This document shows, piece by piece, positions 1 to 14,031 of a stretch of 64,000 bases of DNA. Below the pieces are notes generated by a model. It saw only the letters and a list, made by a program, of their open reading frames with translations. It did no database searches and had not been told where the DNA came from. The translations under genes were made by a program, and so were the position numbers. This DNA comes from Octopus vulgaris (lineage: Eukaryota): positions 77,128,001 to 77,192,000 of the forward strand of contig OX597822.1 in the NCBI GenBank assembly GCA_951406725.2, in the 5' to 3' direction. The first letter of the stretch is position 1. Each line of letters begins with the position of its first letter.

Positions 1-839
1 CCGTGACCCGTTCGGTCACCGGGAAACTCTAAGTTTCTCAGCAACGGGGTTTTGTTTCTTGTTTTTTTTTTCTCTTTCCCATGTTATTTCGCATGCTTTC
101 AACGATGTGACATCGAAATCACGAGTAAACGGCTCCTTTCCCCAGAAAAAGAAAGATTTGACTGCTATTTTTTGCACACCCTGCTACCACTTAACAGATA
201 TTTAGGGTCCTTTATTGCAAATAGCTGTTACGTGGTAGTATGGTGTAATAGAAATAGCAGCCAAATCTTTGGAAGTGAGATACGTTGAATGCACTCGACA
301 AGAAAACATGGAAAACTATTTCTCATCGAAGTTTCGAACGAATCTTTAACGAAATATTTATTATATTTTTAAAGTCATTTTCACTTTAAAATAGTTTTTA
401 AATATGCCAAAACAACTTTTGTAACGGTATTCACTTGAAAATAATTTTAAAAGCATTAAAATATTGTATGTTTAATGAAAGCTAAAATCTATATACTTAC
501 AGTGCAAATAACTTTAAAATATCTCTAAATGATTAAAATATTGTGCTTAACAAAAGTGAAAGTATAATTAAATATATATATATATATATACGACGGGCTT
601 CTTTCAGTTTCCGTCTGCCAAATCCACTCACAAGGCTTTGGCCGTGGTTGGGAAGCAAGCTTCTTACCACACATGTGTATGTGTGTGTGTGTGTGCGTGT
701 GTGTGTATGTACTCGCGCGCGTGTATGTATACTATTCTCTCTCCCACTTTCCCTCTTTATCCTTTTCTCTTTCTCTCTCTCCCCTTCTCTCTCTCCCTCT
801 CCTTCTTTCTGTCTTTCTCTCTCTCCCTCTCTCTCTCTA

Positions 840-1150
840 GGCTCTCCGTCGCTTACGACGAGGAATGATCCAGTTGATTCAATCAACGGAACAGCCTACT
901 GTGAAATTATCTTGCAAGTGGCTGAACACCCCACAGAAAGGCGTATCCTTAACATAGTTCTGAGGAAGCTTCAGCGTGACACAGAATGTGGCAAGGCTGA
1001 CTCTTTCAGTTACAGGTACAACTCACTTTTGCCGACTGAATGAACTGGAGCAATGAGAAATAGTGTCTTGCTCAAGGACACAACGCCCCGCCGGGAATCG
1101 AACGCACGGTCTTACGATCGTAAACCGAATAACCTAACCACTAAGCCACA
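840..1150 (-). mobile_element. tRNA-derived SINE, head D + tail T1
   Basis: Minus strand reads gtggcttagtggttagg (A box)...gttcgattcccggc (B box)...gtgtccttgagcaagacact...; homologous to 14922-15228 and 37222-37505. Confidence 0.75.
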
Positions 1151-1539
1151 TACCTTCCCTCTTTCAACACACACGCACACGTATACAGGCACTTATACAT
1201 TTATCATTCTTAAACAAGAAAATTATTGACAGTAACTTCGAAGTTTCGGGGAGATGAGCCATTGTCGGCAATGTGACAATGGCTTACCGAAACTTTGAAT
1301 TCTCTGTCAATGATATGCGTATTTAAGAATAATAAAGAATAATAAATTTGTTCTTTACAAAAGTATAGAGAAACCCATAAGATTAATATAAATTCATTTT
1401 CATTATAACTAAACATAAAAACATATACATATATACACACACACACAAGTATGTATGTATGTATGTATGTATGTATGTATGTATAAACAGTTACTGCTTA
1501 ATAATAAAAGAATATAGCAGAAACAATCAAACTTCCAAA

Positions 1540-2095
1540 GAAGATAATGAAGTGTCAGAAAGTTAATATAGATAAGATCGAGAATTCATGTCTAACTAAG
1601 CGGAAAGCGCTCTTCACGGTAAAAGATCACAAAATAGACTTCGCTAATAACTCTAGCTGTAAGCTTTGAGAAAAACTACAGATGTATGATTAATAAAAAG
1701 AGATTAAGGAATATAAATGTTAGCATTCGGAACCAAATTATCTTTTAATAGTAGAAATGAGAAGTGCAAATATCAGCTGATTCAGAGAGAATGAGAGTAA
1801 AATTTGGGCGAAATCCATTTCGTTCGATATCACGAATTTCTCCCCTTCTATAGGTCTATTGCCCACTGGAGAAGGATCTGGAAATCTCAAAATGATATGT
1901 TAATGCAGACATAATAAGCCCAGATATAGTTATGCATTCATTCACGCTCGGAAGACTTCGAACTTTAATGAAGAATCGGCAAGAATCAAGAAATCAGAAA
2001 TCCCATGAGTTATTCTACGTCATATGCAATTTCTTCAGCCTGTCTATATTGGACGTAAGCTCACAAATCCACCATTAGATTGTTGCGAGATGGTA
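1540..2095 (+). pseudogene. Penelope-like retroelement reverse transcriptase remnant
   Basis: Manual translation of broken frames gives KRKALFTVKDHKIDFANNSSCKL (PLE 'TLKDHK' region), FDITNFSPSI (RT motif FDxxxFYPSI) and HARKT; multiple stops and frameshifts. Confidence 0.65.
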
Positions 2096-2264
2096 AATTA
2101 GTGATGACACATGAGAATGACAGCCAAACTATTGATAGCTTCAGCAAGAACTTTATAGACACTTTCAAAAGCCTGGGATTTTAAGTTAGTGTAGCTATCA
2201 TTTTTTGCAGTCATTCGGCTGCGGCCATGCTGTGACAACACCGCGAAGATTATTTTTTGTGTAA

Positions 2265-2666
2265 TTGTTTCAGTTAGCAGATTTTGGTCATGCTGGAGCA
2301 CTGCCTTTCAAGAATTTTTAGCCGAATGAACTGACCCCGGTACTTATCTTTTTATCGACTCTTTTCTCGAACCGATAAATTAAGCGGACGTAAACACACC
2401 AATACTGGTTGTCAAGCGCTGGTGGGGGTCGAGCACACAGACTGAAAAGACACATTATTATTATTTACAGGATTGTAAAACACGACACCGTATAAAAAAA
2501 CCATTCGCACCGAAAGCATATATATATATATATACGACAAGCTTCTTTCAGTTTCCTTCTACCAAATCCACTTACAAGGCTTGGGTTGGATCGAGGCTAT
2601 AGTAGAAGACACTAGCTAAGGTGTCACGCAGTGGGACTGAACCCGGAACCACGTGGTTGGGAAGTA
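2265..2666 (-). mobile_element. SINE family A (tRNA head, internal CA/TA microsatellite), diverged
   Basis: Aligns by eye to the family A copy at 15362-15760. Confidence 0.7.
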
Positions 2667-3316
2667 ACCGCATTGCGCCTATCCACTCCAGTTGGATTCA
2701 GGAATAGATTGTAGAAAAATTACTCGTTTGCTTTCTTACTTTTTTCATTTCAAGTTAAGATAAACTTATCTCTTATTTTTTCTTATTTGTTTACGTCAGT
2801 TGGCTGCGGCTATGCTGGAGCACCAGCGAGAAGGATTTAGCTGAAAAAAATCGACATCCGGTACACAATTTAAATCTGGTATTTTCTATCGTTTACTTTT
2901 GCAGAACCGCTAAGTTCCATAAACAAACCAATCCTGTTGTCAAATGGTAGCTGGGACACAAACAGAAGCACGAAAGCACACTCCCCCGCCCACTACCACA
3001 CACACACACAGACTCTCTCTCTCTCTCTCTCTCTCGCACACACTCCCACACACACACGCATATTCACACACTCTCTCTCTCCCTCCCACACACGCACACA
3101 CAGGCACACTCACAAGTCTCTCTCTCTCTTACACACATACACACACACTCACACACACATATTCGCACACTCTCTCTCCCTCTCTTACACACATGTACAC
3201 TCACACACACTCACTCACACGCGCGTGCGATAATTTGATCCAGTTTCTCTGCTCAACTTTCTTCGTCATGGTCAATGCGGCGATCACATGTTACACACCT
3301 TCCTTCTAAGCACTGC

Positions 3317-3435
3317 TATAAACAGCGGAAGTGAGCCAGAACGTTAAAACTCAGTGCGTATGCATAGCAGAGTCCAATGTCAATGTGTGCCAAGTGGCTT
3401 CACTCTGCTTGCTTTAACTTCGTTACTATGGCAAC
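3317..3435. promoter_or_regulatory. Candidate cis-regulatory island (RFX X-box, ETS-like site)
   Basis: GTTACTATGGCAAC at 3422-3435 fits the palindromic RFX X-box; CGGAAGTG at 3326-3333; TATAAA at 3317, all in non-repetitive sequence. Motif match only. Confidence 0.25.
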
Positions 3436-3457
3436 AGTTCTATCTAATACATTTCTA

Positions 3458-3606
3458 TAATAATAATAATAATAACATCGAAAAATACCTTACGAATGAG
3501 AACCCAGGTTCGGAATATCCCCAATACACCTGAGGAATGCTGGAGGGTATATCAGCCGAAACGTTATGTTAACAACAAACAAGATGAGGACAAATATCTG
3601 TCAAAT
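3458..3606 (+). mobile_element. 3' part of the (AAT)n-hammerhead SINE (no tRNA head in this copy)
   Basis: Closely matches 58480-58622; carries acac-CTGAGGA-a-tgctg/cagcc-GAAAC-GTT-atgt at 3526-3570. Confidence 0.75.
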
Positions 3607-4354
3607 ATATATAGAGTAAAGTCCAGATACTTGTTGATCAGACGTTTTACTTGTAGTGCTACCAGCATGGAAGCTAAAACATTTGCAGTTAAGTTTAATA
3701 TCGATAAAAAAAAAATGAATATGCGGCTTAGAGGGAGGCGTTTATTTAACTGAGAGATCATAAAACTGACTTTCATAATAGATCGAAGTGTAGGCTAATT
3801 AAGCCGGGTGAAGACTGAACTAGGTTCAGTAGGCAAGAACAATTTTAAGACGCAATAATAAACAGTTTTTCGGTGATAAGCTAGACTTATTAAGCTAAAC
3901 TGATTAAACGCTAAATAAATAAAATACCCAGTATTTCTGCCGTTTCCACGGTTACACTGCATTCAAAGTTTAGTTCTTGTCAGTAAAATACGAAACACAT
4001 GCGACACTTCCAAAAGTTTGCTTACGAAATGTTACTATATATATATATATATATATATGCTTCGTTTTTATATTTGGTTTGCAAGATTCTTTAGGTGAAT
4101 TCGTGTGTTGAAACAAATTTTGCTGTCTCCGGAGAGTCATACTGTCTTAATGACTTATTATTTAACACGCTCACTAGTTCGATTTCCAGCCATTTATTAT
4201 TTATATTTTCTTCCAAAATGTTCGTTGCCTTTGCAATCTTGTCAATGAATGTTGACTTTGTCTGCTATCGGAGCTGCATATATATATATATATATATAAA
4301 CAAAATATCTGGCTTATAGGGAGGCGTTTATTTCACTGAGAGATCATAAAACTG

Positions 4355-4490
4355 ACAAGAAGCAAGTGTATTAGTTTGACCCTCGGGAAAAATGAAAAAG
4401 TCTTTTACGTTTCGAGCCTATGCTCTTCAGAAGAAACGAATAAGAGGAAATAAACAGAGAGAGAATGAAAAAGACTTAGCGATACAACAT
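4355..4490 (-). mobile_element. PLE pseudo-LTR fragment (A6U hammerhead family, degenerate core)
   Basis: Homologous to 9100-9230 and 39155-39290; retains gagc-atag-gctc-GAAAC-GTA-aaaga on the minus strand. Confidence 0.65.
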
Positions 4491-4540
4491 GCACACATAT
4501 TAGCTACCGAACTTGCTATCTTAAAGAAGGATAGATAGAC

Positions 4541-4615
<75 letters not shown>

Positions 4616-5410
4616 AAGACAGAGAGAGAGAGAGAAAGGAGAGATACAATGAGAAAAAACTTATAGATAGTTTGGTGAAATTTCAAAATAAGCATAGACG
4701 TCTGTAACCACAGGAGATTAAAGATTGCGGAAAACTAAAAAAAAGAGAAAATTAATAAATTCCAAAAGTATACTATGTGTAATCTCTTCTCTACCTGTAA
4801 TTTTATTAGTTTTTAAAATTGTTTTGGAATTATTTTTCATCTGTATATTTAAAATAACGGAGATTAGTATTCTGTTAATATTTCTTCTTTCTTTCTTTAA
4901 ATTTCCAAAATTTGAAATGAAAAAAAAGTCACGTATTTTCGTGCAACCAACTAATGCTTTGGTATACTTACTGTTTTTTTCATTTTGACAATTTTCTATT
5001 TCAGCCCGGTAAATTCAAAAATAACCGGTAATACAAAAAAACACACATTTTAGCGCACGCACGCGCACACTCAAACACACGCACATGCACATGCACATAC
5101 ATACTCTTACGAAAAAGTAATTTGTCATCTAAATGAAAAGTGAATGTAATTGAAATTGCAAATGAAAGTAATTTGTAATTAAAAAGGAAATTATTTTTAT
5201 TATTAATTGTTGCGGTTAATTAACAGAATCATTAGTGTCAGTCAAACTTGCTTTTCGCATTTGTTCTGGATTTTTATGGCCCGAGTTCAAAGGCCACCGA
5301 GGTCAGCCCTGCTTTCAGTGGTCGATAAAATACACTAAACCCCAGTCAAAATGCTGGGGTCAACAAAATGGACTAACCCTCTTCTGTAAAATGTCAGACT
5401 TGATTGTCTA

Positions 5411-5501
<91 letters not shown>

Positions 5502-5521
5502 GATAATAATAATTCTTTTAT

Positions 5522-5954
5522 TCTCTTACTTGTTTCAGTCATTTGACTGCGGCCGTGCTGAAGCACCACTTTTTAGTCGAGCAAATCGACACCACGACTT
5601 ATTCTTTGTAAGCCTAGTACTTATTCTATCGATCTCTTTGGCCGAACCGCTAAGCTACGGGGACGTAAACACACCAGCATCGGTTGTCAGGACAAACACA
5701 GACACACAAACACACCAGCATCGGTTGGAGGGACAAACACAGACACACAAACACATACACCCCCCCACACACATATATATACACATATATACGATGGGCT
5801 TCTTTCAGTTTCCGTCTACTAAATCCACTCACATGGCTTTGATCGACCCGAGGCTATAGTAGAAGACACTTGCCCAAGGTGCCAAACAGTGGGACTGAAC
5901 CCGGAACCATGTGGTTGGTAAGCAAGCTACTTACCACACACCCACTCCTGCACC
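5522..5954 (-). mobile_element. SINE family A
   Basis: Full-length copy between two (AAT)n tracts; matches the other family A copies. Confidence 0.8.
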
Positions 5955-5989
<35 letters not shown>

Positions 5990-6164
5990 GTGATGGTATT
6001 TTCTACTCAATAGTAGTGTCAGGCACAACGCCTGACATTTTAGGAGAAGGGGCAAATCGATTACATCAACCCCAGTATTCAACTGGTACTTATTTTATCG
6101 ATCCTAAAACGATAAAAGCAAAGTCGCCCTTGGTAGAATTTGTACTCAGATCGTAATGACAAAC

Positions 6165-6324
6165 TTAAATGATAAACGTCTGGAAAGTTTTACAGATTTC
6201 TACAGTTCTAGTGATGGATTGAATCTGTAGGTTTTGAATCAACTTTCTCCTTTCTGGTTTTGAGATACCTAATTTCTCAAGATTGGTATTGAGGCAGTGT
6301 GTTACATATCTCAGGGCCCCAATA

Positions 6325-6325
<1 letters not shown>
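6165..6325 (-). pseudogene. C-terminus of an R4/Dong-like (RLE) non-LTR retrotransposon ORF
   Basis: IIGALRYVTHCLNTNLEKLG...IQNLQIQSITRTVEICKTF* resembles the 'IGALG...' terminal segment of R4/Dong ORFs; truncated at a (TATG)n tract. Confidence 0.55.
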
Positions 6326-6355
<30 letters not shown>

Positions 6356-7475
6356 TGTATGTATGTATGTATGTATGTATCAGGTCGCTCTTGGGTGCTG
6401 CTGGTAACATGTAACCCAATAGAACCTGTTGCGTGGTCGGGTCGTCCGTAACTAAACTGGCAGCCCCATCAAGTTTGCTTGGTGAGGAGTGTGATTGTTA
6501 GACACCTTGCAGGACGAAAACTAAGACCTGTCCAAGGGTAGAAGAGTTCACAAGTAGTCAACAATACGTGTACACGTGTATGTAACGTATGCGTGTTTCA
6601 TGGAAATACCTCTGTTGTTGTCACAACGTCTCTCTAGATAGAAACTCTGAGAGAAAACCTGCAATACTGACGATATTCGATAATGTAGACTAGATCTTCT
6701 TTTCGAGGTTATGTTGTCCATGTTCAGAGAGTGGGACTGGATTTGTGCAAATCCTTTTCCTTAGTATAAAGAATCACCATGCACAGGCATCGCTTGAAAA
6801 AGAATTACGACCTATCACAAAAATGGCTGGTCGTAACCTTCGCATGTATGGGACTTTCGATCAGGCTATGGCAATATTCGAACACGAGTTTGCAGCAATC
6901 ATGTATGCATGTGTGTATGTATGTATGTTTAGCTGCATTTCTTCTGGGTCTCCGTTCTGAGTTCAAATTCTGCCGAGGCTGACTTAGCCTTTCATCCTTT
7001 TGGAGGTGGTTGAAATAAATAGCACTTGAGTATTGTATACATATTCCCGTCATATTCCCGAAATTTCAGACCTGGTGCCTGTTGTAAAAAGAATCATTAT
7101 TACTACTACTACTGCATGGACCATTGTTTTCTGCCAGATCAAAATGCATATTAGTTTTTAATTGTTTTTATTTCTATATACAACATTATTGATAATAAGC
7201 CACAGACGAGAGACTTGACAATCAACCGATGTCTGTGTATGCGATATTAACATTTTCATAATCGGAATGCTTGTGAGACCCTTTTGTACACGTCCTTCAA
7301 CATGTCAAACTAGTCAATAATGAAATTTATTTTAAAATGACTGTAAGAAAATAATCATTGAAAGATTTTATGAAATGGTTCAATGGAGGGAAATTGAGGT
7401 GCACAATGCCTGTGAGTCATCTTGGCACCTTCAGTATTGGGTGAGAGTTTGCAACAAACCCATTGGCAGGCAGGC

Positions 7476-7563
<88 letters not shown>

Positions 7564-8179
7564 GACATTTCTTATTGTAAAGAAATTAATTAACATTTAA
7601 CATAGGAAAACGAATATCTATACATAAGTATTTTGAAGAGAAATTTTGAAGAACGGAGATCCACTTTTCTTTCTTTTTTTTCTGTTGCCATTTTCCAATT
7701 TTCAAAAGGAAGAAATTTTCTATTTTGAAAAGTGATAGCTTAATGTCTTCAACGACAGAGTTGAGAAATATTTGTGCGCGCGCGTGTGTGTGTGTGTGTT
7801 CGTCTCTGTGTACACACAGACACACACATACACACACGCAAGACCTTCTTAAGATTTAAAGGATGAATAAAACGAGACGCATTCCTTTACAGCTTTCCTA
7901 CCAAGTAGGTGGCCGGTCAAAATTTATTCTAAATTAAAAAGTGAAACAGAAGAACGCACATTAATTCAAACAAATTTCACAAAAATCATAATAATTTTTA
8001 TGAAGTAGGTGATGAAAAGAAAATTTGCCTCTAAGAATTATGCTATTCTTTCTTTCTCGGCAACAGTCTTGAGGTCTGGCAAAGAAATATCAAAATACAC
8101 AGTGAAAGCTATGGGCGGTATTTGGACGCGAAATGTTTAGATTGTAAATCAATCTCATATCCATTGTACTATCTTAATT

Positions 8180-8225
<46 letters not shown>

Positions 8226-8227
<2 letters not shown>

Positions 8228-9265
8228 CTTCCCTAACCCTACCTCCCAACCTGACTCGTTCCCCTGCTCCCTCACAGGTACCTATCATCGTCTCTATCAT
8301 TTCACCGACTCCTTTACCTGCACTTCTAGCAACGTCATTTACTGTATCTCCTACTCTTTCTGGCCTTTTCTGTACATCGGTCAAACGGGACGCCGCTTGA
8401 CTGACCGGTTTGAAAAGCATCTCCGAGACATCAGATTCGGCAATGATACCCCGGTCTCGCGCCATTTCGGCTCTACTGGTCATTCACTACAACACCTATT
8501 TGTGTTCGGATTACCTTTGCACAGGGGCCATCCGGACTCCTGCCTTCGCCGTGAACAGGAATTAATCTTCTCTCCTCGCGTCTTTGCGTCACATGGGCTC
8601 AACTCCCTTCCTCTCTTCTCTTCCTCTGACACATATCTCCTCTCTTCTCTTCCTCTGACATATACCTCCTCTCTTCACTCCGACCTACCTTCTCTCTTCA
8701 CTCCGACCCACCTTCTCTCTTCATTAATACTCACTCCACCCACACATACAAAACCCTTATCCCACACCTCCACCCCATACCCCACCTACATCCCCACATC
8801 ACATCACACCACTCCACACACACACTAACACTGACCACTTCCCAGCACTTACACCACACCATCATCTGCACACCTACACACCATCATCCGCACACTCACA
8901 CGCACACATTCACACACGTCTAAATCACTAGCCCCTATCCACACGCACGCATACACTCACACAATCTCACATACACACATACGCATGCGCACCTTTGTTT
9001 TTGGATTACCAATACTTCATTATTTCCCCTTCTTTCTACCTCTCCTGTCAAGCTTTTTTACCCAACAAGTCACCATGCTTGATCGCTAAATCCACGCGTT
9101 TTTCTTATTCTCTCTCTCTCTCTCTGTTTATTTTCTCATATTCCTTTCTGTTGAAGAGCGTAGGCTTGAAACGTAAAAGACTTTCTCACTTTCCCGAGCG
9201 TCAAACTAATACACTTGCTTGTTGTTCATGCACCTGTCTTTTGTGTTTTTCTGTAAATTTCAATT
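8226..9265 (+). mobile_element. 5'-truncated Penelope-like element: GIY-YIG endonuclease, C/A-rich 3' region, HHR-bearing pseudo-LTR
   Basis: Frame from 8304 reads TDSFTCTSSNVIYCISYSFWPFLYIGQTGRRLTDRFEKHLRDIRFGNDTPVSRHF...HSLQHL...RREQELIF (VIY...YIG, R, H, E motifs). HHR at 9143-9180; (TA)n on both sides. Confidence 0.85.
9143..9180 (+). ncRNA. Minimal type I hammerhead-like motif, A6U variant
   Basis: ccttt-CTGTTGA-a-gagc(gtag)gctt-GAAAC-GTA-aaaga. Confidence 0.55.
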
Positions 9266-9295
9266 ATATATATATATGTGTGTGTGTGTGTGTCT

Positions 9296-9458
9296 TTTAT
9301 CTGTTTCAGTCATTCATTCGACTGCGGCCATGCTGGGGCACCACCTTGAAGAATATTTAGTAGAATGAATCGATCCCTGTACTAACTTTTTAAAGATTGG
9401 TATTTATTCTATCGGCCAGTTTTGCCGAACCGCTACGTTACGGTGACAGAAACACACA

Positions 9459-9547
<89 letters not shown>

Positions 9548-9675
9548 ATGGGTTTCTTTCAGTGTCTGTGAACTAAATCCACTCACAAGGTTTTAGTCGG
9601 CCCGAGATTATAGTGGGATTGAACCAGGAACGATGAAGTTGAAAAGCAAGCTTCTTACCACACGACCACGCCTAC
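9296..9675 (-). mobile_element. SINE family A, diverged
   Basis: Family A tail and head with an expanded internal (CA)n(TA)n. Confidence 0.7.
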
Positions 9676-10112
9676 ACCCATGCTTATACATACATGCATA
9701 TATATGTGTGAGTGTGTGTATGTGTGTTTATAACATAACAATATGCTTATATATGTATGTGTACGCATGTACGTATGAATGTATGCACGACTCTATATAT
9801 GTATGTACGTACATATGTGTGTATGTATGTATGTATGTATGTATGTATGTATGTATGTATGTATGTATGTATGTATGTATAATGCAATATATGTTGGTTC
9901 GATTAAAAAATGACATATATTTTTATTGGCTTCTGGAAGCTTCTGTTCCGGAAAAGAAAGAGGCGTAATGATAGCTGGACATATTGTGTTGACAGCTTGA
10001 ATAGAGAGAAGCAGAGAGAGGCCAGAGTATAATCGGAGTTAGAGGGGAAGTGTGATAAATAAAATGTATCAGGTAAATAATAAATATGAAGAGCAAGTTA
10101 AATAATCATGTT

Positions 10113-10144
<32 letters not shown>

Positions 10145-10293
10145 CTTGTATGTATGAGGTGTGTGTGCATACATACATATATACAAATGGGGCGAGAAGG
10201 AGAGGGGAAAGCTAGAGAAATCAAAAGATATTTCGAGAGATAGCCTGATATTATGATTGACAGATAAAGAGGAAAGCGGAAGATAGGTGTGTG

Positions 10294-10338
<45 letters not shown>

Positions 10339-11089
10339 TTTTGTGTGTATGTGTGTGTTTGTGTGTGTGCGAGAGAGAGAGAGAGAAAGAGGGGTGAGAG
10401 TATAGACAGACACATTGACTGATAGATAGATAGCTAGATACATACATACATACATTGATGCAGACATAGATGCATGCATACTCATATAATTATATACATG
10501 CAAACATACATACAGACAGGAAGAAACGAAGAAACAAACAAACTAAAAGAGTGGAAAGAGAAACAAATATAGAAAATGCAAGAAAATAAATTAAAAGTAT
10601 ATAATCTGTGAGTTGGAGGAGGAAACGTAAGCAAATACGAGATAGAGGGGGGGGGAGAGAAATACAGAGAAACAGACAGTCATAAATCGTGAGGGGCAAA
10701 GAGAGACAAAAGAGAACATTGATGTTAATAAAGAGTGGGAATTTCACAAAAATAGGAGAGAAAAAATATTGACTTAGGGGAGAAGCGGTTAGGAGTGGAG
10801 AGTAAAATAGGATTATTTTATCCTAAATAAGAAGGAATGGCAATGGATTAAAGAATAAGTACCAGCTCCAGTTAAAATGTCTAGAGACTCTTTAATCTTC
10901 TGTTTTCTTTCTATTTTATTCTTTTTACTTGTTTCAGTCATTAGACTGCGGCCATGCTGTAGTTCCGCCTTCAGGGGCTTTAGTTGAAAAGATGAACCTC
11001 AGGACTTATGTATTTATTTATTTTAGCTTAGTTTAGTTTAGCTATTCTATCAGTGACTGGCCGAATAATTTAAATTAGTAAGTAAAGTA

Positions 11090-12110
11090 TACGGATTGTC
11101 TAATGGTATGGCGGGATAAACACAAAGAATATGCAACTGGAGCTAATACTTATTCTAATAGAATATGCAAGAGCAATAGTTATTCAAGAACTACGAAAAA
11201 GAAACAACACTTCAGATATACCCAATACTCTACCCTTTATTACGACGTCAACCCCAAAACACACAGGCTTACAAAATTATCAACCAGAATAATACTCTCC
11301 TGAAAATGAAACAACCACTCGAAATACACAAAATAATCAAAAGAAAAATACAATCAAAATCCCTCAAAAACTAACTACTCGTTAGCGCTAAATTACCCTC
11401 CACAAACTTCTCACCAACATTCAAAATGTGAGGTTACCCTAATTGCTGGACTTGCATGAAACTCATTGATTATTAAAAAATAAAAATTTTAATCAGGACA
11501 GATTTTTTATCATAAGATATCATTTTGCATATTCATCAAAAATTTTGGTATAAGATTTTTAATGTAAAGGATGTAACGAAGATTACATAAGTCAAACAAA
11601 ACTTACTCTTAAAAATAGAATGACTATTCATCGTCAGCAAAAACGAGATTCCAGTTCTAGACAAAATCCACTGAGTGGACGCGTAGACATATGTGCAAAA
11701 GATAAGTTTCCTAAATTCCAAGTCTTCCCACTTTATATTTGTTCAGCTAATACTACAGATCAAACGTGAATAGAAAAGAAAATACATTCATACAAAAATA
11801 CAAACCACGGTTGAATAAACTTTAACAAATTACATTCACAAATAACTACTCACGCACAAACTCCTTCTACCACTTCACATGTTGACTTTGCATAGCCAAC
11901 AATCTAAACTTTGTGAAGTATCATGCTTTTTCTCACATGACATGAATTCATGAATTTAGAGAACAAAACCTTAGGCCTACGTACATACAAACCATATTCA
12001 TTCAGTCACTGGACTACATTCACACAACTCCTGTCCACTCTGCCACCTGACAGATTAAATATAGAGAGCCTTGAGTGTTTGTGACCGTCACTAGATACGT
12101 TCACTCAAAC
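11090..12110 (+). pseudogene. Decayed Neptune-like Penelope element (Cys linker + GIY-YIG endonuclease, degenerate HHR)
   Basis: From ~11560: KCKGCNEDYISQTKLTLKNRMTIHRQQKRDSSSRQNPLSGRVDICAKDKFPKFQVFPLY...FIQKYKPRLN. Upstream C..NCWTC linker. Relic ttgagtg...gatac-gtt-cactcaa at 12071-12108. Confidence 0.7.
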
Positions 12111-12340
12111 TTGTGACATTAACGCAATGCCAATCAAATTGTATCCTAAACTAATACTAATTTGAGACACGTCTCTCCATAAAAACAAGAGAAATTTCCA
12201 ACTCCAGTCAGAAGCAAGACACTTGCGGCATAGCTCCAAGTCTTCCTATGTCAGTTAACTTTTTAAAATCACAAAAATCCGTGGAACGGGTTATGCTTTT
12301 AAAAATAAACCATCTAAAAGACTCCCAGTTCATTTTCAAC

Positions 12341-12708
<368 letters not shown>

Positions 12709-13684
12709 GGAGCTTCCACACAGTTTCTGTCTACCAAATTCACTCACAAAGCATTAGAGGTTGATTGTCAACCTAAAAACCCTCCAAAGCCGTGCCCCCC
12801 CCCCCCATCACCAGCAGGGCTGCGGCCCAATGACTGGACCAAGTAAAAGATAAAAGAAACAGAAATATGAACTAGTGATGGCGAAAGAGGTAGAGCCTAC
12901 CACCTTCGCATCATTTCACCAATCCATCCATCCATCCATCCATCCATCCATCCCTTATATTTTGTAACTGGAAGAGACGTTCGGCTTTTGTGTGGCTAAC
13001 GAACTCCTGTTGTTTACTTGTTTAGACAGAAAGAGAAAAGGACTCCGTTTCAATGCAATTTTATGCAGATAGGATCGGTATAAGATGTTAATACGGATAA
13101 GAAAGAGAAAACAGAAGGTGGATGCGAATACAAGATGTCAGAGAGAATTCACTGAAATTTGTGTATACAAATATAACTCAAGCAGTCCCTCCTACAGCCA
13201 CCCCGCTTCCTTTAATTCTCTTCTCACTTTGTTAGCTGGTACATAATTTAATACACATGCACAGATACTTAGATATCAGTAGTCATACAAAGGCTCAAAT
13301 GTGTGTGTGTAGACAGGTAGATAATGTGCATATATATTATAGATATAAATATTCTGTATACACGCGTACACCCGCGCACACACATGCACTCACGTTTATT
13401 CTCAATTTCTGTGGTGTGCAACTGTAGGTGTGTATGTATATGCACCTAACTCTCTACTCCACGCCATTATATGCATACACATGTATACATACATATAGAC
13501 AGACAGACCAACAAACGTATTTATATCTGTGTGTGCGTGTATGTATGATACAGTATATGTTATATATATTATAGTATATAATACACCATCTATCTATCCA
13601 TCGCTTCCTCTCGCTATATGTGTGTGTGTATGTGTGTGCGTGCATGTATATAAAATTAGATCAAGTATTATTACTATTAATAAT

Positions 13685-13687
<3 letters not shown>

Positions 13688-13762
<75 letters not shown>

Positions 13763-13803
13763 GTGGCCAGCAAGTTTAACCGACATACAGATAGATAGAT
13801 ATC

Positions 13804-13879
<76 letters not shown>

Positions 13880-13880
13880 T
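13688..13880. repeat. (AAT)n and (GATA)n microsatellites
   Basis: Read directly. Confidence 0.95.
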
Positions 13881-13999
13881 AAGCTAAAAACATACTCACA
13901 AACGGATAACGGATATACGTATACAATAACATAGTTGTGTGTGTGTGAGAGAGTCGGGGGAAAATGAGAAGAGAGAGAGGGAAACGGGAAGAGTAATAT

Positions 14000-14031
<32 letters not shown>

